A stretch of 63,432 nt of DNA, counting the filler, from Choristocarpus tenellus KU-1152 (lineage: Eukaryota; Protista; Phaeophyceae), in the NCBI GenBank assembly GCA_964200185.2. It is 9 parts of 9 records of this genome, joined end to end, with 100 filler letters (N's around TTAATTAATTAA, not from the genome) between each part and the next. Parts side by side here need not be neighbours in the genome. Positions count along the whole stretch, not along the records: positions 1 to 24,725 come from CAXNAD020000200.1; positions 24,826 to 30,156 come from CAXNAD020011127.1; 7 more parts are not named here. One strand, written 5' to 3'. A program made the position numbers and the translations under genes. Below, one piece after another: positions 14,801 through 24,849 of the stretch (within the stretch, counting starts at the first letter, position 1; the number at the start of each line of letters is the position of its first letter). A model generated the notes under the pieces. The model was not told where the DNA came from and searched no databases. It saw only the letters and a list, made by a program, of their open reading frames with translations.

Positions 14801-17800
14801 TGGCTTTGAATTGCTCTAGTGGGAGTGCCCTGCCTGCATGGAGCTCAGTCAGCGCAAGCGCCGTATCTCCAGTCGGAGTTCAGTGGGAAGTAGTGATAAA
14901 TATCGAGCCAAGAACAGTGCAACAAGGTGGGAGGATGGCGAGGATGGCAGAAGGAGAGAAGGCAGGTTGGGCAGAGGGGTGGAGGGGCATGCAGGATCCA
15001 GAGGAGGGAGCTGGGATGATGAGGAGGTCGTTGCAGAGACACATGCCAGGCCTAGTGGAGATGATTCGAGAATGAATTTGCACAACGATCCTGAAGTTGT
15101 TGAGGTGAGATATGTCGAGACCTGTTACTAGTAGAAGAAGTCCCCACAGGTCATACATGTATAGTGTTATGTATGCTGTGTGGTGTGTTCAGCTGGGCAT
15201 TAATACTTGTGGCAAATCAGATGGAGACTGAAAGTTTCATTGTGATACCGGGGATTCGGACAGTAGTTGGGGGTTGTTGAGCTATGCGGGCAGTGTGATC
15301 AGGAAGAGGATAGTAGGGGCATTGTGGGACATGCCCCTAGAGTGTTTGGTGAAATACCAATTGTGTGATACATATTGAAGGGCTCAAGATGCTGAAGAAG
15401 AGCACAATAGATTGGGGGCTCCAATGAGGCTTGTATGGCAGTGCTGCAAAATATCATATAGTCTTCCTGTATACAGAAGATGCTGCTCGAATACCCTACC
15501 AATCAGGTCCACCAAATACTTTGCAATACCTCTGCAAGTAGACACCCAGCACTTTTTGACCATGACCCATAATATCTTGAGATGGCTTGTTCTCTTGCAA
15601 TGCTGCAACAAGTGCACACATTCTAAGGGCAGCCATTGGCACACTCTATCTTATAACACACAGATGTCTCTGGTCAATTCTGTGCTTGTGCTCCTAGGCT
15701 TGCCCTTGCATTTGGTCTTTCGCCCACAACCCACCCAAATGTGCATCCCCTGATTTCTTCCCTTGCGACAGAAGCCCTCTAAAGAGGAGGGGCGACTACT
15801 GCGATTGGTGTACACAATATTTGTTGACCATCTGCAGCGAGGAGACCCATACAAATTGTTTGCTGAACCTGTTGATCCGAATGTGCCTGGATATGCTGAG
15901 GTCATCCGGTGGCCCATGGATTTCTCCACAATACGTGGGAAGATCTTCAATGGGGAGTATTTATCCATGGGAGCCCTGGCAAGGGATATTGCCCTGCTCT
16001 GTGGCAATGCCATCACCTTCAATCCACCAGGCACCATATACCACAGCATTGCCAAGTGCGTTTCTTGCTGGGAGGGTTCCCTGTGGACATGAATGTGATT
16101 CGATTGGGTGGAGTGGTGGGGAAGGTAGAAGATATGGCTACAGGATTTTGTGGCTTGCTATTGGGGGGTATTGACCCCTTTTTCCTCTACCTATCCCACA
16201 TTAATGTGATTGCTCATCATGCCCATCCCATGTGTTGTTCTTCTCACACCTCTTGCATTCCACTCTGTCAATCTTGCCCCTTGAAACTTTCCCCTCCTGT
16301 GAACCCTGCTTCCCATCTCTTGTATGTTGCTCCTTGTACTATCTTACGCTCTTGCCCCTCACTCCTCCCCATCTTCCCATCTCCTTCCTTGGCTCCCCCG
16401 TGTCCCCTGTCCCAATATGTACTTTTTGCACACAGGTCGATGCTTGAGACAGCAGAGATGATTTGGCCTTCTGCACTGGACCTCCTAAATCATCTTTGGT
16501 CTGTGGAAATGTTGGCTGAAGAAAATGGACGAGCTGGTCCCAACACCTCTGGCCGTGCCACAGCCGCACTAGAGGGTCGCTTTGCTGGATTTGAACTGAC
16601 ACCTGCCAATGAGGATGCCTACTACATGCATTTGGCAGTGACAAGGGCTGCCACTGCTTCCCGTACGGCTGAGACAGAGGGACTGTGCAAGGCCGGGCAT
16701 GTTAAAGGCTCAATGCCTGCCCCTTCAATGGAAGCTGCAGATGGGGATGTGGACTTGACCATGGGAACGGGGAATAGGGGTAAAGAAGAATTGGACAGTG
16801 AGGCAGTCCGTGTAGCTGTGAATGTAGCGACCAGTCTGGTGGAGCTGTATACTCCTGGGGACATGTGGGAAGAGGAGTGCCTGCTGAGGGAGGCTGTGGC
16901 GACTTCAAGGTCCCATCGAAGGGAGGAGGAGACCAGGTTAGTAATTATTGGTGTTGGTTTTGCATGCATTGGTCAATGGCACTGTAGCGTTTTGGTGATG
17001 TTGTGTAGTTATTGACTTGAAATAGATAAGGGTAAGTTGTCTCTGCAGGGGTCCAACCTTGGTTATTTTTTTTGTCAAGATAACCTTTCCAAATTTATGT
17101 CAGTCAGATTCAAAATGCAAAAATACTCACACACAGGGCATGAGGGCTAGATATGAAAGGGATTTTACTGCACACCGGCTGGTTCCTTATTCTCTGAACC
17201 AGATGAGGAAGTACAAGCAATAGTTGTAGTGACAGGGTAGGGTCTTAGGGAGACTGAGAAGTTGTTGGAGACATTGGTGGTCATCAAGTGTTCCCCAATA
17301 TGCATCATTCTGCTAATCACAATGTGCACTTCTGTAGTTGTTTGGGGGTACATGACCAACGTTAGTGAAATACAGGTTGGTAGAGGTGGGATTGTGGTTA
17401 GATGAATTTGAAGTCACGGGGACAAGGAATATCTTTGTTAGTTGTTGCACCAAGCAATGTGACGATGCATACTTTTCCTTTGGTGTTGATGACTACTCCA
17501 GAATAGATGTGAGGAAACAAGTGGGTGAGAGAGGGGTCATGTTATTAGAAGTTTTGCAGTGCTAGTATTTTACAAGATTAGATTGAGACCTTGCGCCTAA
17601 TTGTTAATATATTCCAACCACAAGCTGCCGCTCTGTCCTCTCATGGTCACTCAGCATGTACATACTTTGAAGTAGTTTTCCTTGTTCCTTGCACGCAATG
17701 CAGTTCAAGTGGTAGGCTCATTCTGAATGGATCTTGTGGAAGGGTAATTCCTCAATAGACAAGTGCATTGGTCTTCCCTCCACCCTGCCTTTTTCTCTAA

Positions 17801-20800
17801 CTTCCCATAATTCGCCCTCTACTTCCAGGAATGAAAGTGGAAGCGCACGTTGCAATCCTATTGATTCTGCTATGCGAGAGGCTCACAAATATCATTCAAT
17901 ACCACTAGCCATTCCCAAGAAGCCCACCCTAGTCCCAGACTCCCCAGAGAGCAAGTCAAACCAAACCACCAGCAAGTCCCATGCTACCAAGGCACACAGC
18001 ACAAGCAATGGGCGGCAACCAGCATCAGAGCCAGTCAAGGCTGCAGCTGGGTCTGGGGGACAGGCACCAGAGTGGAAGGTGGTTGAGGCGGCAGAGGGGA
18101 TGGCAAGGGGAGGGGAAGAAGGCAAGCGCTTGAGATCAATTGTTATGCGGCTACTGCGGTTAGCGGCAGGGCGACTTCGGACACGATTCCGAGTGGAGGC
18201 ATCCAAAGTGCAGGTAAGATGGGTTATTCTGTTCCGGACGTTGTAACAATGAGGTTAAGGAGATAGGGGTGTGAATATATAGCAACATCTACCCCAATTC
18301 CATGGCCTCCTTGCCCATGTGCATAGGATGCCTTTACCATGTAATGCCCCATTCCCTTTCAAGGGTACTGTTTTTGTTGTTCTTGGCATCACTCATACAG
18401 GGAGAGTTATGCAGCAGACGCTACAGTAGTAGTGATCTGTGCCTGCTACCAGAAAACCGGGAAAGGTTGGACAATTAGTGTTTCAGGCAAAGGTACAAAG
18501 GTGAACCTTACCTTTCTGCTCATTGATACTATGCGGCATTCAGACAGGTTGGTGAATCTCACCGCAATAGATACCGTGTCAGTTACTTTATGGATACCCC
18601 TGGCAGTAGTTGAGAACAAACAACTCACCATGCCTCAGTCTTATTCCTCCTATATCTGTATTGACTAATGGCCGCCTTCACTACCAAAGCACTGCCGTAC
18701 CTATATGGTAAACCTGAATTGGCCTAGTTTTCCCCATGCACTGCACTCTCTATCCCACCTACATGTGTGCACCTGCTACTCCTACAGGGTCTGGGTGTTT
18801 TTGCCAATGAGGGGATCAGGGCGCATGAACTGGTGGGAGAGTTTCTTGGTGAGCAAGTGGGACGAACAGTGGCTGATAGGCGAGTTGCAGAGTACAAGAA
18901 AGCTGGGCTTTCGGTAAGAGAAATTTTGTGATACGGCAATTAAGGGGGTATCATTATGGACATAGCAGGGCATAGCAGGGCAAAAGCATCCTATTTGCTA
19001 AAGGCACACTGAAGTAATGCAGACTATTCTGTCAGTGTAAGCGTTACTTTTTATGCCCCATATTTTCTACCCCTCAATATCGTTATTATTTCGTTCATGT
19101 TGCTGTCACACTCAAGTCTTTTTAAAACTATGTTCCTCTTCAAGGATTCCAAAAATATTATGTGAGGGCACAGTGCTATAGATTTGCAGGGATTGTGTAT
19201 TTTGCATAGTGAGGATTTATACAACGATGTTGCTTATTTCGATGTACTTTGAAGCAGTAAAATGCGAAATGATCTCTGATGTTAATATGCCAAGGTTGGG
19301 ATGGATGTCCTACTGAGGGGTAGGTAGGAACAGGGGGTGTAATATTTTAATGTGGCCCTTGTGGGTTATTAATTCACTTCCTGCTTCATTTTCCTGGTAC
19401 TTGTTGACTGCCTAGTCATCTAATCTAATCTAGTGCTTTCAGGTATGAGAGTATTTTTTCAGGGGTGATGATAATATTTTCTTACTACAGTTGTGTGGAT
19501 TGATGCTCTACTTAGTACTAATCGAATAAACATATTCCCATTCAAGTCCGGGTGATGAGTATTTCCTTCTGGCTGATTCCCTTTCTTTTTTTTATTCACT
19601 TACCATAATGTCTTCCCGCGCCTGTGTGGAAGAACTTCATGCAAAGAATAGGTGATGGGACTTTCCTCGACGCCACACGGAAGGGAAACATGTTGAGATT
19701 TGTCAACCACTCCTGTGAACCCAACTGCCACCTCAGGATGGTGAGTGCAAGAATTTTTGACAGAAAAACATTCCCACAAACGTGGTTGTGGGTCCATGAC
19801 TGATGCGGAATAGAGTTGAGAGGTCACTATGTCTTGATTCAGTTAGCCGTTGGGACTTGAACATTTTTTAAGTTGAGGTTGAGCTCTACTCGAGCCATAT
19901 CAGGTATGAAATCTTACAGGTCCTATCCCAAATTCGATCTATGCTCTCCTTGAGCAACAAGAAGAGTTGCCATGATTCGTGTACAAATTCTTTCTCCTGT
20001 AAAATATCTCTAGGTTCAGTGCAAAACTGTGGGCGAATGAAACTGACAATAGATGCAAGAGATATAAGATGATGGCAGGTTGCGGGCCTTGCTTGGTATG
20101 AATCCTGAGTAAGGTTTATCCTTTGGGGGATATCTGTTTAGTCCCCATTTCTCACTTTCCTGGGACCTGGTATTGTGAGGGTGCTACATGACCACTAACC
20201 CCAATAAACTGGCAGGCACAACACAGTATAGTTCAAAACTTGATCTCACCCTTGTGTGAAGAAAGAAAGTACCTTCTATAGTACATACAAGTATTATGCA
20301 CAGTATTTCACACCTTATTACATGCTTATCACACATGTAATGATATCGCAATCATGATAGTTTGATATATCTGAGCCAATAAACACTAGAGTTTCAAACA
20401 ATTAATATGGGCTGTGATCAGAAAAACATGGGGGATATCTCTCCTTTGTGTAGCTCCTCAGGTTTCTTGCAGTATCTTATTCATGTTGCTGAAACACAAA
20501 TTCCATGGTCCACCTTGCCATTGCATGATCAAACCAACTGTTCTTGGTACCAGTAGGAATGGATTTCAATTCCCAGTTCGTACGATGATCCTGTAGAAAC
20601 TGCTGACAGGGAAAATACTGAACAAAAAGTAAAAGTATTCAGCATGAGCGAGACAATACAATTTGAATGTAGAGATGGGTGGAAGATCGATGAGTTGTGG
20701 GTTAGCTTATTCCAACCTGCAAAAGAAGGAACAAGCCTCGGTATCTAGAGAGGCATCTCGAGACAATGGGCCACTAATTGAAGTGAAGATAAAAATAAAA

Positions 20801-23800
20801 GTGTTGAAAACAATACTTTTTGTATTGTGCGGAGATTGGACTGCATATATTTTGAACTACAATATGGCTTGAGTTGATTTGGGAACTCCCACTGCCTCTT
20901 GAAAGGACTGTTCACAAGTATAGGTTTCGATTATCAAGAACCACCAATTGTACTCCAGAGTATATGATGCTTCGGAAGCACAGTTTTTCGGACACACGAG
21001 ATTATGCTCATTTTTTGAGCTGAAAAATTGCACACCTCGGACAACATAAGAAATACTGACGTAACATGACCTAATGGTTTGAGTCATATATCTGCAGAGC
21101 ATTTTCCGGACATTGGACCTCATAGAACAAATGCCCACTGGCAATAAACTAACACTATAGGGAAAATGGGATCAATGTTGTCCTGGACAACTGATGTTGT
21201 TGACCAAATGGTCCCAGAGTTTGTCCTGGACACAATCTATATTGTAGACCAAATGACTCTGAGTGTTGTCCTGGACAATGTATGTTTTGGACAATTGGGC
21301 ACCAAAGGTTTTCCTGAACAAAAGCCTTCTTTCAGACAACGTCAATGCTCCCAACCGTGATGGTGTAACAACTAATGTTAAGCAGAATGTTTGCTACTTC
21401 ACAATGTGATGGTGTTGTGTTACATTTGACATGCCTTGAAACTTGCACGAAGAAGGGTTTTCCATGTATGAGTGACTGATATTGAGTTACTGGTATCACT
21501 CTTCCATAACATACACTATGCATTGTAGAATGTAGAATGCATGTCAGCACTCAAGCGTTCCACTCCTTAAGTGTATTGTGCAATGGTCAAGTGTTGACCC
21601 AGAAGACTCATATGCTATTCATGGTAGCAGGTATTACAGAGCAGATGGTGACAGGTGTTGCCCCAGACAATATATGTTATAGAGCAACAGGTCTGCCGGT
21701 TGGCCAAGAGAGGTTATACTCCGGCGTATTAGAGTAAATGACGCCAAGCACTGTGCTGTACAAGGGATGTTGCTTTGCAAATATACATCAAGCGTTTTCC
21801 AGAACAGTGTATGTACATTATGGAGAAAGTAGTCCTGAATACTGTCCTGGACATTGGATGTAGAGCAAATGGACCCTGGTATGCTCCCAGTGATGGACAT
21901 TACAGAGAAAATGCCACTGAGTCTATTCGTGCACAACAGACATTAAAGAGAAAACGCAACTGGGGTTATTCCGGACAATGAGCACTGTAAACTAAACGAC
22001 TCTTGACAACTGACTTTATAGGTCAGATTTAATTGAGCATTCTAGGGCAACGCTTATGCTGAGCATTTTGTTATTAGGGCCCATAGTACCCTAGATGGAG
22101 GGGTCAAGCATCCATTCGGAGCCTGTGTGACCCTATAGTGATTTCATGTCATATATGGTAACGTGTCAGATGCAAAGCAATTTCCTTTATCTCAACTCAC
22201 AGTCCTTTTCTATCCCCGTGCCTAGACTGAACCCGAAGAAAAACTACCCGCAAAGCAGGCATCAAACTGGGGTATCTTACAACACCCCATCAAGCCCCCC
22301 AAAAGGACCACTTGGGGTAAACACCCTCCCCCCTCTAAGATAATATGGGGCTATAGGTGAGATGTTGTGCTGTAGTGCATGAAGTATAACCAAGACTTTG
22401 TTGCAATGTGTATCCGTTCCTGGGCTCAACAAATCATTATGTAGTGCTTCAGGTGATTGAGGGACTCACAGAGCCTGTCCATAGAGTTACAGGGCAAGTT
22501 CATCATGCTATTGTGCTACAATTTGCGGGTATGATTACATAAAATTTTGCATGTATGCAAGAAAACTGAATACATGCAAATACATACATTGGCGGGAAAT
22601 TGGTATATGAGGGTGAGGTAAACGTGGAAATGACAGGAGGGCAGATTTTGTAACTTGTACATAATTGCGTGTGAGTTGGAAGCTTCTCATTATGCACATT
22701 GACACTCATTTGCTAGTTCAATGGTATTGTGGGAGTCATTTTGCGGCACTGTGCACATTTGGCTGGGCATAGTTGTACAAATTATTTTGTATCGAAGCAC
22801 AAAGATGCGTAAGTTGATGCAGCCAACAATGGAACACGTAAGTGGGAGAGTTGCATCATCTCCATAGTGAGGAGTGTACAAATACTTGAATGTTTTTTTT
22901 CTCTATTCTAGATTGCTTCTACTTTCAGTACAGTATTGCTACAGTAAGTTGTGTTCGGGATATGCATTTTTGGGAAATTTAAGGTTGATATGACTAAGAA
23001 ACCTGTTATATCAGTGCTGTGGAGCAACTGTGTTGAATATATGGGAAAACTTGAGATGTACCTGTGTAATCATTTGTTCGTCACGAGAATCAATGTGGTG
23101 GTGGTGTAAGCTGTTATCACTGACTCTTGTACTGTCTACTAATAGTAACTGCATGCACCTGTGGGTGATGTAATGGGTGACTACTGGAAGACCGCACAAC
23201 AAATGCTGAGTGTTGCTGTGTATGGAGTAGAGTATGAAAGCTCCTAGAGCGAATCCAAAATTGTCAACAAGATCAAATCTAGGGAGCTAACCTCTGTACT
23301 ACGAAGCATATCCTATAGTGATTGACTCATCCATTCAAAATGACCACAACATGCCAAGGAGTGTTCTAACATGAATTAGATGGTGAAAAGTCGCATGTAC
23401 AAAATCCTTCAGCATGGTCAGTAGGACTGCATTACCAGTACACTCTCTGCTACTTTGCGATCTGCCATCGCTATACTACTGATACGCCAGAAAAGTGTGA
23501 TAAAAAGGTGCATCATGCCCTGGACAGTACTAAGTGGTACTGTTGTGAGTTGGTCAGTAGAGTTGATGGGCTACTTCACCAATAGCTAAGTTTCTTTGGA
23601 TCAAGGTTTTAAGTACGAAATAGGGGCCTTGTTCTGGGTGGGTCGCAGAAAAATTGGAAATCCCACTTTCTTGCTATGTGGAAATCAGGAGTTGACAGAG
23701 TGGTACGATGTTATGCGTTTACCACAACGTGTAGAAGTAATTTAATACTTCGTTCGGAATTAAATGTAATACAACTTTTAGATCATGATGCTGCTATGCA

Positions 23801-24170
23801 CTAGAATGAACAGGTGCATACAAACCCTATATATTCAATTGGGCTAAGCAAATCTATTGAATATGGTGTGTGTAACCTAATGTCATGATAATATGCTGAT
23901 ACAAATCATTTATAAAATGCCCGACTTGCCCTCTTCCTTCATCTAGAATAACCTCCTTGTTGATCTCATCCGTTGCTTGTTGTTCCTCATTAGGTTGAAA
24001 TTGCTGGACATAAACGCATGTTTATTTTTGCACTTCAAGAACTAGAGGCGGGTGAAGAACTCCTATACAGCTACCCCCCACTGGTTGGATCCAGTCGAGG
24101 AGAGGTTGCACCAAGGTGTTGCTGCGGTGCCCCCAGTTGCTGGGGGCGCATATCAGTACCTGTGCATTGA
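8829..24170 (+). CDS. Multidomain histone-lysine methyltransferase: PHD - AP2 - PHD - RING-like ZnF - bromodomain - SET - post-SET (SET1/Trx-like), ~1578 aa, 14 exons
   Basis: Hand model with GT-AG exons 8829-9064, 9357-9453, 9951-10019, 10956-11054, 11478-12328, 12637-12811, 13088-14431, 14820-15104, 15772-16055, 16436-16936, 17829-18213, 18788-18913, 19633-19740 and 23994-24170. The total is 4737 nt and all junction phases are compatible. Motifs: CLICGKNDEHQFILLCDGCDGEFHTHC..WFC (PHD), DATRKGNMLRFVNHSCEPNC and GEELLYSY (SET), CCCGAPSC (post-SET). Confidence 0.85.
9357..10019 (+). other. AP2/ERF DNA-binding domain within the SET gene (split over exons 1-3)
   Basis: Spliced sequence TRFYGVSKTGKGWQAKITSPKEGETVIGIFQDEEMAARAYDQVAMDLYGSTAELNFP matches the AP2 consensus (YRGV..W.A.I...LG.F.T.E.AARAYD.A....G..A.LNFP). 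Confidence 0.9.
12305..12790 (+). other. Second PHD finger within the SET gene
   Basis: Spliced DGNQFLCGVCGKTGEVLCCDNCPKVFHKLCL...WFCPHC fits the C4HC3 pattern. Confidence 0.9.
14285..14840 (+). other. RING-like (C3HC4) zinc finger within the SET gene
   Basis: Spliced CFYC-x10-C-x8-H-x2-CFLC-LDSRW...WECPAC. Confidence 0.7.
15772..16470 (+). other. Bromodomain within the SET gene
   Basis: DPYKLFAEPVDPNVPGYAEVIRWPMDFSTIRGKI..GEY....LARDIALLCGNAITFNPPGTIYHSIAK; the acetyl-lysine-binding Asn (FN) is retained. Confidence 0.93.
21153..22140. mobile_element. Putative non-autonomous CACTA-like element in the last intron of the SET gene
   Basis: Termini CACTATAGGG (21153) and CCCTATAGTG (22131-22140), with repeated near-palindromic TTGTCCTGGACAA motifs at ~21178, 21221, 21266, 21842 and 21968. 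No 3-bp TSD is visible. Confidence 0.45.
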
Positions 24171-24652
24171 TCGTGACAAGAGGGGTCGCAAGAAGGAGAT
24201 GTTTATTTATTTTCAAACCATGCATCTATCCGTGAGCATGCAAAGTGCTGGGGCATGGAGTGTGTTGGGTAGTGGAGCAAACTTATACACTCTCAAGCTA
24301 GTTGAAGCAATAGTGCTACTGACTTGTACTACCTAAATGTTGAACAAGTGTTGAGGCTTGTAGTGAAGATGAAGTTTGAAAGCATGCAGCATCAGGCCTT
24401 GCTAAGACTGAAATGTGGTATGAGATCAAATCTATTTTTTGATATTTTCGTTTCCTTGACAAATGTTCAAGATACCATAGGCACCACTCTCTTTTGTACT
24501 GCACACTTGATAACTGGAGTGCATTTATGGGTGCCGATTTGTGGTAGTGGGGGGGGTACTGGATGGACTACTACGTAAATTCACCAACTGAAGTGCTCCT
24601 CCTCCATGAGTTGCAAATTGGCAGGATATTGTCAGTTCTCATTTTCGCAACA

Positions 24653-24725
24653 GGGTCAAAGTATCTTGGGGGGGGGGTGTCGGCATCCGTTTTTCACCCT
24701 TTTTTCGATTTTCACTTTTTTGGTG
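24653..24725 (+). mobile_element. Terminus of high-copy GGGTCAAAGTATCT element at a contig end
   Basis: gggtcaaagtatcttggggggggggtgtcggcatccgtttt runs into the gap. Confidence 0.7.
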
Positions 24726-24825
24726 NNNNNNNNNNNNNNNNNNNNNNNNNNNNNNNNNNNNNNNNNNNNTTAATTAATTAANNNNNNNNNNNNNNNNNNN
24801 NNNNNNNNNNNNNNNNNNNNNNNNN
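24726..24825. other. Artificial contig linker (also 30157-30256, 35478-35577, 39239-39338, 43769-43868, 46914-47013, 49967-50066, 55457-55556)
   Basis: Identical 100-nt N-run/TTAATTAATTAA/N-run spacer that puts stop codons in all six frames. Confidence 0.98.
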
Positions 24826-24849
24826 AAACGCACGGAATTCTTGCGAGAC

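Noticed and set aside
11417-17015. Overlapping or antisense ORFs and the 368-aa ORF at 15909-17015 as separate genes
   Set aside because: They are shadows of SET-gene exons or read-through of intron 9 into exon 10.
19633-19740. E(z)/EZH2 assignment based on DATRKGN
   Set aside because: There is no CXC pre-SET domain and a Cys-rich post-SET is present; the flanking motifs fit SET1/Trx better.
20400-21145. Possible transposon protease or integrase remnant in the SET intron
   Set aside because: Only a vague LQIYDS-like string; no convincing motif set.
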